A stretch of DNA of 63,216 bases, filler included, from Pelomyxa schiedti (Eukaryota > Protista > Evosea), in NCBI GenBank assembly GCA_020536535.1. It is 15 parts of 15 records of this genome, joined end to end, with 100 filler letters (N's around TTAATTAATTAA, not from the genome) between each part and the next. Parts side by side here need not be neighbours in the genome. Positions count along the whole stretch, not along the records: positions 13,687 to 28,284 come from JAHLWZ010001167.1; positions 28,385 to 29,777 come from JAHLWZ010002542.1; positions 29,878 to 45,278 come from JAHLWZ010000328.1; 12 more parts are not named here. One strand, written 5' to 3'. A program made the position numbers and the translations under genes. The notes below the pieces were generated by a model. It was not told the origin of the DNA. It saw only the letters and a list, made by a program, of their open reading frames with translations, and searched no databases. Below, piece after piece: positions 24,490-36,150 of the stretch; position 1 is the first letter of the stretch; each line of letters starts with the position of its first letter.

Positions 24490-26960
24490 AGGTATCGCTC
24501 TCTTGTTTTGAAATCAATGATCCCACTTCAGCAGTTCTACTTGGGTTCTGCTGGAGCAGCTTCTGCTTTTGCCCATTGGTTGCCATTGCCTTGGGTGTTG
24601 CCAATGATCCAGTTGCGGCTTCTCAAGTGCACTCATTGGCTGTTGAGCTGTGTGTTTGGCTTTTCTCCGGTATGTGCAATTGAAAGGAGCATACATGGGT
24701 CTGACTTGTGCATTGGCCAGGGTTGAGAGCGTGTGCGTTACATATGATTGGAAATGATGCCTTGTTCACCTTTCACTACTCTTGTTTCTGGCTTTCGCAA
24801 CACTACTGCTGGATCGCTCTCAGTGCTCTCACTGCTGATCTGAAGGTGCTTGGCAACTGCCAGGTATATTTACTTCCTCAGAGCTTGCCTTGGATTTATT
24901 ACAATCAGACGCAAAAGATTGAATGCCTGGTTTTTGTTACCGGCTCTGTGGCTATATGTGTAAATATGTTATGTTGCCAGTGGTATGTATTGCGGTGGCG
25001 GGTTGCTCTTTATGTTGATGCGGCGGTGCCAATTGATGGTCTTTGTGCTCTTCCCAGACTGTTATCCTTTTGCCGATGTATGCTGATGTGGATAATGGCT
25101 GAACTGCCTTGGTGCATGAAAGGTGTCACTGTTGCCCTCACACATTATTTTGATTGATGGAGTTGTAGGCAGTTCTCGTTGTTGCCTTTCATATCCTCGC
25201 TACTTGCACACACCAGAGATTCCAAGTATTGGCACGCCCCGCACATCTCGGTCTGCACAGATTCCACATCAGATATCATTCCGGCAATTGTACGTCGGCT
25301 CCGCGTACTGCTTGGCAGCCCCACAATCAGGTTTCCATCTCAGGATTGTGCTGCACAATTTGACTTTCTTGCCAGCAAATCTTGCGTCAATCTCCGCATT
25401 CTTCCTGCTGGTTTATCCCCGATTTCTCTATCGCCAAGATTTTTGTGTTCCCCCTGGCTGCTGACTCAACATGTCTCTATTTTCCATGAGGCCAATCCTT
25501 GTTATTCGCCAGTGGCCTCTCTCCAAGCAGGTAACTCCTTCGCTTTCAATGCATGGGGGACTCTTAACCCTGATTGCACACAAGGGCATTTGCTTTCCAC
25601 CTTCCTGGGGGGATCCCATATCAAATTTCTCGTCGTTGGAGACAGCCTGCCAGGTTGCCTCCTCAGAGGAGAAGAGGGCCATCCATGTTTCCAAGAGGTT
25701 GGTCCGCCGCAGATACAGCCTTCCCCACATGACATGTGGGCCAGTGCCTCAAACACTCACCTGGTGAGGTGATGGCTTGGGTGTTTGTGGGCATCAGTCG
25801 CCCAATGACCGTTGTCGTGTCGTGGTGGTGCGCGTAAAAGCAGGTCGGAGTATCGATGGAAGTTGCAACTCAACGTGGATGGACGTGGCCACACACCGGC
25901 CAAGGCTCAGACAAGTTCCTCCCCCGTCATTATCACATTCACCTTTGCTGTACCCGGTGACCATGCTCACCTCTGGAAGAGGTACCGAAGAGGCCCTTGT
26001 CAGATCGAGTATGTACACAAACCGGTGTTGTGTTCTAACTTCTTATTACACTAGATATGGACCCAGACAGGAGATGGACCACAACTGGCATGTTCAATCT
26101 AATCTACAGAATGGCACGTGATGACAAGGCGATCACAATTATTCTTAATTAATCACATTCATGAATGTTTATAGCTGCACTCCAAAAACAACACAACAAC
26201 AGAGTTAAGACTAAGCTCCAGGTATACAACGAATTTGCTCTCGTATCGCAAAAGCTGGCTAAACTTATACTGGTGCAATGAGTCGTTTGTTTTCTAATGC
26301 TGTGTGGAGTCCAAGGAATGGTTTGTTGGAGGAGAAATTATTCCAGGTTCGTAACTGCTGCAATATAATTCCTTACATTACACAGCTCACTGGGAGTGGT
26401 GATGGAGCTGCTTTGAGTGGGAAGTGTGGAGTTATTGCCGGTACTGTTACTCTTTTTTTTCCGAACCAGTACTCTAGAAAATGCATTCCAAGTCTTGGTG
26501 TCTGAGTTGCAATGGGTATTTTCTGAGGGGAATGGCATACTGAAGAGAAGTGTGTGATGAACAACCTGAGGAATCTGTCCTGCAGTGTTGTATGCATTCC
26601 TATGATTTCCACACTAAGCCTGTTGATGCATGGTACCAGTGTTGGAAATGGTTGCTTTTGAGTTGAGTTTGCCTTTGAAGCTTTGTTGGATTGTCAAACA
26701 AGGGCCTGGCAGAACTGCAGTACAAAGAGATTGCCATTTCCGTTTCAAAAATCCACAACAACTAGCAAGAACACTGGCTCTTTGGAAAAGGGTGCATATT
26801 CACAGTGGCAAAGAACGGTGTTTGAAGAGGGCAACCCTTCCCATAAGTACTTCTACACATAAAAACAGTTGGTTTTGTGGGAGAAAGCCCCAACACAATC
26901 TGGGATCACCCCAACAAAGGTTGCAACGAACATTGCATTGATGTGATGTAAGACCACATC
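24490..26960 (-). mobile_element. Decayed DIRS-like element, inverted copy
   Basis: Reverse complement of 26820-26910 matches the RT segment at 15867-15960. Reverse complement of 24590-24720 matches 14430-14565. Confidence 0.55.
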
Positions 26961-27042
26961 TTTGGCATTCAATCAGTGTCTCAATGACTCTTGGCCTTTA
27001 TTGGCATAAAAAGTGAAAAAGAAGGAGAACATTGTTTTTGTA

Positions 27043-28284
27043 CACTGGGGTGCAAGTCAAATGAGAAAAACAGAATTTTTTTGTGCCGCGGAGCGGTTGG
27101 TGCGGCAGCGCGGCGTGTGTCTTTGTTGAAATGGGTTCGCCGCGGTTGCGCTGCCTTGAGAATGAGGCCTTCATTTCGTCAGGCATAAAGCCCCAAATTT
27201 TGAAAAAGCGCGTACAAAAAACTGGAGTGGGCAGGCGGTTTACACTTGGGAGGGGTCGTTTGTTTGCGGTTGGCGTTGGGGAGGAAAAAACAAAAAATCT
27301 ACTATGCCGGTGTTTCAAGTGGTTGAGGATGTATGCACTCCCACTTATTGCCAGTCTCCCTCTTGCACAATTTACAACATCCCTTCTTAACGCTTTTTCG
27401 CTCTTCATCTCATACTTCACAGTTTCGGCCTCTCAATCCCAGCAGTGTACCACCGTTTTCAAGTTTCTCCTCCTGAAAGGGCTCCGCCATTGGTATGCTT
27501 ATTTATTTAAATAATGTAATTTACTTTAATTTAAACACTTCAGTCAGTATTTTTTTTTTCTGCTATTTAAGTTTGTTTTTGTTTAGTTTGGTTTTGTTTT
27601 TTATTCCCACATCAACACAGGCCCTTGAAGATAATGATGCAGGGGTGCTGGTGCTCTGGTAGGTTTCCATTTATCTTCTCTGTTTTTCTTTTTCGACTTC
27701 TCACATTTGATAGCCAGGTGGTGTTTTAGATGTTAGTTGAGAGGCAGAAGCAAGCACGCACCCAGAAGAATGTGTGTGCAGCTCAGCTCCATTCCAGCGG
27801 TATTCCTCTTCTTCTTTTAGTTACCCAATATACTCACCTCCAATCTCTAGATCCTTTCCCGCACTCAACCTGTATGGCATTGGAGCCCTTTGACTTCCAG
27901 CAGCTTGGCCGCTGGTATGTTTCTTCTTTGAAATCTCCCTCTCCCTTTTCATCATCACCCCACTGAAACATAATAGGTACCCTGGACTGACACCGCCCAG
28001 GAGAATGGTATGCAGCTCTGCTCCACGTTCCTCAGGTTTTCACTTTCAGTGCCCCTACATGCCAGAGTCCACTTCTCCCCTGATGAGAGGAAACTCAAAA
28101 TTAATTTAATTTAATTTAATTTTCCAGGGACACATCAAAAAAGGGAGCATAAAAGAGGTTTGCTTTTTTTTTGCTTCCTTTCACTCATTTTTAATTGTAA
28201 TATATATTTTCGGCATGAAAAAAAATGTAAAGTATATATATTTCCGCTATAGTTCCGCCATTAATATATGTACATAAGAACATG
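27043..28284 (+). mobile_element. Putative DNA transposon: shared terminus plus internal region with short introns
   Basis: Begins TA|CACTGGGG..AGTCAAATGAGAAAAACAGAATTTTTT, as at 36151 and 11519. The right end is not seen. Confidence 0.5.
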
Positions 28285-28407
28285 NNNNNNNNNNNNNNNN
28301 NNNNNNNNNNNNNNNNNNNNNNNNNNNNTTAATTAATTAANNNNNNNNNNNNNNNNNNNNNNNNNNNNNNNNNNNNNNNNNNNNGTGGTGAGATAGAGAG
28401 ATAGAGA

Positions 28408-29777
28408 TTAGTACCTGAGAAGGAGCTGTGTAAAGACTGTGCACCCTGTTTCGGCATCAATAACCTGCAACTGTGTGTCTACAACATGAAAAATAAGCCC
28501 AGAGTATCCAACAACCTTGTGACCATTATCAGGAGGTGTTTGTGCATCACCTTCATTTCTAACACCACCATGAGGAAGTGCTGTTGTTGTCGTTGTTGCT
28601 GTTGTTGACGGTGACGGGACTAAAACAAGAAGTTGTATGAGTTTGATTGGCCTTGTTGTGTCATTGCAGTCCCAGATTTCACATGATGCAGGTGGTGGGG
28701 AATTTGGCTTTGAGGGCAAGAAAGGACACGAGGACACACAGAAAAGGGATTCACTTAGCTGTGACAAATCAGTGCCTGTTGTATTGAGCCACTTCACGTT
28801 GCTGAACTCGACAGTGTTACCTTCTGGAAGCTCAAAGGTGGAACCGGCACTTCTGGTCCACGCTTGGTTGTCAAAGGAGTGGGTGCTCACAATGAAGATA
28901 TGCTCACCACTTTGCTTCCTCATCCTCACAATTGATTCTACCCTGTTACGTGAGGCAGGCAAGCTGACACATGTTTTACTGGCCATGGCGAGCATTTTCT
29001 CCTTTGTGACTCCTTTGGTGGGAACAACCATGATCAAGTACAGTGCCAGCTCGGCAAGGTCTGCAGGGGCCTTCACAAGAGTAACAACCAACTCACCCAG
29101 GAGGCAGTCAGTTCTGAATACACTCCACCCAGTTGGTATTGTAAAAATCACCCCATTCGGCTGTACTGTGCCCGTGATTGGCCTGTATGGGGAAATTCCC
29201 ACAAACGCAACACAGCGTTCCTTTGTCTTGGCACTGGCTCCCCCAAAAACAGCCCACTCAGAGCTTGCTGTGAGATGGCGCACCCCCCTCACCCATTGCT
29301 TGGTGGACAATCTCACGGTTGTTGGCACTGGGCCAGCGGAATCACGCAGAATCACTGTGTGACAATCATCCTCCACATACACAGACTTGCTCCACCCAGC
29401 AAGTGCCTGATCAGTGACGTCGATCAGAACCACCTTTGGCTCTCGGGTCACGCCGAGAGTCACAGCAGAAACCCCAAAATAGATAGTGATTGGGTGGAAC
29501 ATGTCCTTCTTGTTCAGCCTGGAAGCCAGAAACTTGATGTCAGTTGCCATTTTCTTCGTGGAGACAATGAACCTCCTCTCAGTGCCAATGACCCAGTCGT
29601 CCCACATTTTCCTCAGAAGCAGGCACGACACCAATCCAGAGAGTAACCTCACTGGGCTCTTGACACCACACCTGGGGTGTGATCCCGAAGCCAGTGCAAG
29701 CATCTGACACCTCGCATCAATGAACCGTTGCCCTGTTTGCAACGGCTTTTGGTACAGAACCTCCTCCTTCAGGAGTG
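28408..29777 (-). CDS. Family X hypothetical protein (possibly 5'-partial)
   Basis: 444-aa ORF with IDARCQMLALASGSHPRCGVKSPVRLL and FGVSAVTLGV. Confidence 0.8.
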
Positions 29778-29877
29778 NNNNNNNNNNNNNNNNNNNNNNN
29801 NNNNNNNNNNNNNNNNNNNNNTTAATTAATTAANNNNNNNNNNNNNNNNNNNNNNNNNNNNNNNNNNNNNNNNNNNN

Positions 29878-30058
29878 CGCATGATAAAGTGCGTGCCGTG
29901 CGCGAGTGAGTAATGATCGTGCGTGTTACATCGGACGTGTGGTCCCTCAGCGGGATCTTACGATTAAGCAAACGCCAACGCGAACAACAACACACACAGA
30001 CACACCCGGGTGGTCCGACGACGATCAACTTAAAATCACTGCCTTTGTCCGCTGCCAT
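29878..30058 (-). CDS. Ras-superfamily small GTPase, first exon fragment
   Basis: MAADKGSDFKLIVVGPPG is the start of a P-loop; it is followed by a probable intron and the contig end. Confidence 0.55.
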
Positions 30059-30589
30059 GTTGTTTGTTGTGTGAAAAACTATGTTTAAAAACCAATTTGT
30101 TTTTTCTGTGATCTGATCACAATCGATCCAACTAGTCAGGTTAGGGGCACTGTGATGCCTGTTCCACAGATTCATGAATAAACAAGCTCTCACTTGAGCA
30201 AAGACAATTTTCTCTTTTAAAACTACACGTGTTGAAACACACGTGTTGTGTGATTCAGTAGAATACATCATTTAAGTCCTGCAAGGAAGACCAGGGATCC
30301 CTATTGTGATTAGTGACATGCGTACTGACTGTGGGTAGTTTCTCTCTGTCCCTTGATTTTTTTGTTTGAAAAGGCTGTCCTTAGTCTTTCACAGTTTGAT
30401 GAACCACTGTGGGACACATTTCTGAAACTGACTTTCGGTGGACATGTGCATTCCGAGTTCCAGGGCACCAACCGTTGAATGTTTCAAGCAGCACCACAAG
30501 ACTTGACTGAGGTGTCAAGTTCGTCAGGAATTTTGATTTCTTCGACTTGAACGATCCAAATTGTAGTTCAACAACAGTCTCCAACAACC

Positions 30590-32239
30590 ATGGCGACAAC
30601 AACGACAAAGTCACGCAACGTGACCAGGGAGTGGTTCCGCGCCGCGCATCGCGGCGACACCGACACACTGCGGCGTCTGCTTGCCGGCGACCACGACCTA
30701 CTAAACTCTGTGAACGACGAACGACAACGAGTGGTGCGAATGCGTTTGCGCGATATTAATTCGTTTTGTGTGCACCCACACACGCAGACAGCGTTGCATG
30801 CAGCCACGTGGGGAGGGGAACCGCGGTGCGTTGAGTTCCTGTTGTCAATGAATATCGATGTCAATTCTCAGGTATTCCCTCATTTTTATGTACAAACTCA
30901 CAAACTTTACCTCTCACTTCACAGATTGTGTGTAATACCCATCTGATTATGTTTACATTCCCTTTCCTCTAAAAACGTAAATCTAGGGGAAGCCTGTATG
31001 TTACTGCCATAAACCTCCATCCTTCCAATTTATTTATTCATCAATTTCTTACTTGCTTCAATTTCTCTCCTTGCTTCAATACGTGCCCCGTTTAGGATGT
31101 GTGCCACTGCCCCCACCCTTTTTATTGCGTTTATTCATCAATTTCTCTCCTTCCTTCAATATGCGATGAATTCAGGGAGTGTGTAACTGCCCCCACCCTT
31201 TTTATTGCGTTTATTCATCAATTTCTGACTTGCTTCAATTTCTCTCCTTGCTTCAATGCGTGCCACATTTAGCTTGTGTGTAACTGTCCCCACCCTTTTT
31301 ATTGCATTTATTCATCAATTTCTGACTTGCTTCAATTTCTCTCCTTGCTTAAATATGTGATGAATTCAGGGAGTGTGTAACTGCCCCCACCCTTTTTATT
31401 GCGTTTATTCATCAATTTCTGACTTCCTTCAACTTCTATGTGACACGATATCATTTTTCTACCTCTATTGTTGGACAATTGTGCCTTTATTGGCCACCAG
31501 GGAGTAAGTAAACACTCCCTGCAACTTTTTGTTCTGACTTTTTCGGGATTTTCACTATTTTGCACTGCAGATTGTATCACTCACTCTTTGGTTCTCTCTT
31601 TACTTAACTCTTTTATTATCAGCAAGTATGCACAGTTTTATTGTTATTCTCTTCCTCTATCTTATCTTTTCTTGGGGCTTTCTCTCAAATGAAAGGGTGA
31701 TGTATGTGAATGTCCTGTTTTTCTTTCCTTTATTAATTTTCTCTCTCTCAGACCGCACTTCACCTTGCCTGCCAGAAGGGAAATGTTGAAATTGTGAAAC
31801 AACTTGTGGGTACTGGCACCACAAACATCAAGGTCCCCCCCCCCATGTTGATTTGTATATGTGTTGTAATTTTTTCCTGTTGGAAAAAAATAGAACACAG
31901 AGGGAAAAACACCTGTGGAGTACTCCCAGAATGATGAAATGCGGCAACTGTTCCAATCTGTGTGTTGCACAATTCCTGTTGCCACAACAACCAAAACAAA
32001 AACAAAAACAACAACAACACAGAAAGTCCCCACTCCCAAAACAGCACAACTGCATCCTCCACCGTCTGCAACTCCTCCCATGTCTCAACCACCCATCGTC
32101 ATCACCACCCTGGAACAGCTCCACAATCTCGTCGCCCATGATTTGTTATCTTCATTCCCATTGCCTCCTCCAAACAAACCATCATCATCCCCACCACCAC
32201 CACCATTGAAGACACCTCCTTCCACGGTTCTGTCCAAAG
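30590..32239 (+). CDS. Ankyrin-repeat protein with microexon cassette, paralogue A (3' part lost in the gap)
   Basis: Predicted exons: 30590-30733, 30788-30871, ten microexons within 30925-31701, 31752-31832, and 31894 to the gap. Two TALH ankyrin motifs plus GKTP. Confidence 0.8.
30996..31440 (+). repeat. Minisatellite of ~80-100-nt intron+codon units (paralogue A)
   Basis: Unit: GTGTGTAACTGCCCCCACCCTTTTTATTGC...AG followed by 3 nt. Confidence 0.9.
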
Positions 32240-32339
32240 NNNNNNNNNNNNNNNNNNNNNNNNNNNNNNNNNNNNNNNNNNNNNNNNNNNNNNNNNNNNN
32301 NNNNNNNNNNNNNNNNNNNNNNNNNNNNNNNNNNNNNNN

Positions 32340-32663
32340 CGCCTCCTCCACCACCACCTCCTCCTGCTCCTCGGGCATCGCCGTCGTGGCCCTCGCTGCC
32401 GCCGCGTAGCGGCTACTGCTGCTGCTGCTCGCACTCGCGGTCGCAGTCGTAGTAGTAGTACTCGTAGCGGGGGTGGTTGTTGTTGGTGGTGGTGTTGTTG
32501 CAGCGGGGGTGGGGGGCGGAGGTGGTGGTGGGGGTGGGGCGGAGAAGAGGAGTGCGAGGGAGACGGCGCTGAGGCACCGTGGCACGCTGCCCACAGCTGC
32601 AGCGGCGTCCACCGTGTTGTGGTCGTACTTGTCTTTGCGGGGAAGTGTTCCCAGGGACAGCAT
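32340..32663 (-). CDS. Hypothetical Pro/Thr/Ala-rich protein, N-terminal fragment
   Basis: GC-rich ORF from the ATG at 32663 running into the gap. Confidence 0.45.
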
Positions 32664-33048
32664 GGCTCGGGGCGGAAACCTTATTTTGCTCGATCTGGCA
32701 GAGCCCCAGTCGAAATTTGACGAACAATGACAAGGTGATGGTTACTTGTGCCGCAAGGTGTGGAATGAATTACTCTATAAAACCCCTCCCCCCTCTCCTT
32801 AGGGAAATTAATTTCTAGAAAACAAAGCTACCGTCTCCCTAGAAGGAGATGAAAGTTGTTTTCTTTTTTTAGAGTGTAGGATGAGGTGGAGATGTGAATT
32901 CCGAGTTCCAGGGCACCAACAGTTGAATGTTTCAAGCAACACCACAAGACTTGACGGAGTTGGCAAGTTCGTACAGAAATTTTGATTTCCTCGACTTGAA
33001 CGATCCAAATTGCAGCTATCTCCAGGGCAACAACAGTCTCCGACAACC

Positions 33049-36000
33049 ATGGCGACAACAACGACAAAGTCACGCAACGGGCCACGCGTGGGACCCAAGG
33101 AGTGGTTCCGCGCCGCGCATGGCGGCGACACCGACGCACTGCGGCGTCTGCTTGCCGGCGACCGCGACCTACTAAACTCTGTGAACGACGAACGACAACG
33201 AGTGGTGCGAATGCGTAACAACTCTTTTTTTTTTTTTTTCCCGCGCGATATTAATTCGTTTTGTGTGCACACACACACACACGCAGACAGCGTTGCATGC
33301 AGCCACGTGGGGAGGGAAACCGCGGTGCGTTGAGTTCCTGTTGTCAATGAATATCGATGTCAATTCTCAGGTATGCCCTCATTTTTATGTACAAACTCAC
33401 AAACTTTACCTCTCACTTCACAGATTGTGTGTAATACCCATCTGATTATGTTTACATTCCCTTTCCTCTAAAAACGTAAATCTAGGGGATGCCTGTATGT
33501 TACTGCCATAAACCTCCATCCTTCCAATTTGTTTATTCATTAATTTCTTACTTGCTTCAATTTCTCTCCTTGCTTCAATGCGTGCCCCGTTTAGCTTGTG
33601 TGTAACTGCCCCCACCCTTTTTATTGCGTTTATTCATCAATTTCTCTCCTTGCTTCAATGCGTGCCCCGTTAGTCTGTGTGTAACTGTCCCCACCCTTTT
33701 TATTGTGTTTATGCATCAATTTCTTACTTGCTTCAATTTCTCTCCTTGCTTCAATGCGTGCCCCGTTTAGCTTGTGTGTAACTGCCCCCACCCTTTTTAT
33801 TGCATTTATTCATCAATTTCTTACTTGCTTCAATTTCTCTCCTTGCTTCAATATGTGCCGCGTTTAGCCTGTGTGTAACTGTCCCCACCCTTTTTATTGC
33901 ATTTATTCAGCAATTTCTTACTTGCTTCAATTTCTATGTGTGCATTTATTCATCAATTTCTTACTTCTTTCAACTTCTATGTGACACTATATCATTTTTC
34001 TACCTCTATTGTTGGACAATTGTGCCTTTATTGGCCACCAGGGAGTAAGTAAACACTCCCTGCAACTTTTTGTTCTGACTTTTTCGGGATTTTCACTATT
34101 TTGCACTGCAGATTGTATCACTCACTCTTTGGTTCTCTCTTTACTTAACTCTTTTATTATCAGGAAGTATGCACAGTTTTATTGTTATTCTCTTCCTCTA
34201 TCTTATCTTTTCTTGGGCTTTCTCTCTCAAATGAAAGGGTGATGTATGTGAATGTCCTGTTTTTCTTTCCTTTATTAATTTTCTCTCTCTCAGACCGCAC
34301 TTCACCTTGCCTGCCGAAAGGGAAATGTTGAAATTGTGAAACAACTTGTGGGTACTGGCACCACAAACATCAAGGTGTTCCCCCCCCATGTTGATTTGTA
34401 TATGTGTTGTAATTTTTTCCTGTTGGAAAAAAATAGAACACCGAGGGAAAAACACCTGTGGAGTACTCCCAGAATGATGAAATGCGGCAACTGTTCCAAT
34501 CTGTGTGGAGCACAATTCCTGTTGCCACAACAACCAAAACAACAACACAGAAAGTCCCCACTCCCAAAACAGCACAACTGCATCCTCCAGCGTCTGCAAC
34601 TCCTCCCATGTCTCAACCACCCATCGCCATCACCACCCTGGAACAACTCCACAATCTCGTCGCCCATGATTTGTTATCTTCATTCCCATTGCCTCCTCCA
34701 AACAAACCATCATCATCCCCACCACCACCACCATTGAAGACACCTCCTTCCACGGTTCTGTCCAAAGCTGCTGAAGATGGCATCAACAACCTTGGGAAAC
34801 AAGGCACAACCGTGGAGGCATCGGTTCTCATGCTGGTCACTGACCAATTGTCACAAACCCTGTCAACCCTCCTTGACCAGCAGAAAGTTCACCAAGGCAA
34901 TGCAGAAAAGGTCGCCGTGCAAGTTGAAGTCACAGGGAACCAAGTGGAACAGGCACAGGCACAGGTGCAAGAACTGGAGCGCAAGCTCGCACAAGCAAGG
35001 CAACTGCTTGGTGCAACAACGCAGGCCAACACACTGGCAAAGAAGCAACTTGATGAGTCCAGAGAGCTCACTGCCACCATCACCCGGAACATCTCCATGG
35101 TGCACGAAAAGCAGGAGGCTCTTGAGCGCAAATTGGCCTCCGTGCGAAAGGTTCTGTCCTCTCTGAGCCAGAAAGCAAGCACGCGAAACCTGCTGCAGTT
35201 TAACGTTGAGGACATCGGCTGCTTGCTCTGTGACCTGGGTCTCCAGAAGCATGCTGACAAGTTCAGCTTGAACGAAGTCGATGGTGAAGTCTTTCTGGAA
35301 CTGAACAAGGCAGGACTGGAGGAGCTTGGGGTCACTCAGAGAGCTGAGCAGGACCTTCTATACCATACAAGGGCAATGATAACTCATTGCGGTGCAATTC
35401 GCGCACCATCGGCCTCTGACGCGGGGGGCACAGACGCTGCTGCATCGTGGGACGTGAACGAAGTTGCAAGCTGGTTGGAATCCCAAGGAATACCTCCCCA
35501 AGCCATCACGTGGTTCCGCGAGATGGGAATAACAGGAATCTCGCTGCTTTACATGGAGGCGCAAGAAATAAGCAGTGTTCCAGGTCTCCCATTCGGGCCC
35601 CGGCACAAGCTCCTGAAGAGAATTGGAGAGCTCAAGTCCGCAGTTTACACTCCAAGAAATCCCCGAGCACCTTCATCCTCCGGTTTGTGCTTATCTTGTT
35701 GAACCATAACCACTTTCAACTGACCAAAACAACCAAGGACCTGGTCACACAGCAGCCGCACCATCGAGCATCCCTTTGGCTGTTCCGGCACCACTTGAAT
35801 TCCTCTGCCCAATCACGTGTGACTTGATGAACACTCCCGTTGTTGCTGCCGATGGGTGTGTTTCGCGAACGGGTTTACAATTCCTGCGTCTCTAACACTC
35901 AACTCGTAGATACTGTTATGAGAAGACCGCGATTGAGGAGTGGCTGAGGAAGCACAACACATCGCCGATGACCAACGCTGCTCTTTCCAGCAAAGCGTTG

Positions 36001-36063
36001 GTGGCCTGTCACACCCTCCGCAGTGTTATTCTCGACTGGAAGAAAGCCAACAACATCCCATAA
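33049..36063 (+). CDS. Ankyrin - coiled coil - SAM - SAM - U-box E3 ubiquitin ligase with microexon cassette, paralogue B
   Basis: Predicted exons: 33049-33204, 33287-33370, ten microexons within 33424-34243, 34294-34374, 34437-35682, ~35738-35855, ~35910-36063. SAM motifs: FSLNEVDGEVFLEL..LEELGV and WDVNEVASWLES..GITGISLL. U-box: EFLCPITCDLMNTPVVAADGYCYEKTAIEEWL..SPMTN. Confidence 0.88.
33495..33985 (+). repeat. Minisatellite of intron+codon units (paralogue B)
   Basis: Same unit as 30996-31440, with different 3-nt spacers. Confidence 0.9.
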
Positions 36064-36150
36064 ACCAACCCAAACATCCCATGCCCCCAGAATAACTGGG
36101 GGCCAAATAATCCAATTTCATGTTAGAGAAAGTGCCTTGTTGTTGGCTTA

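Noticed and set aside
30996-31440. Repeat-spacer pattern as a CRISPR array
   Set aside because: The spacers are 3 nt, the repeats are 75-100 nt with splice signals, the context is a eukaryotic gene, and there are no cas genes.
33911-33937. Additional 27-nt in-frame exon in the paralogue B cassette
   Set aside because: The AG arises from a single change in the repeat, the upstream intron would be only 40 nt, and it is absent from paralogue A. It cannot be supported without RNA.
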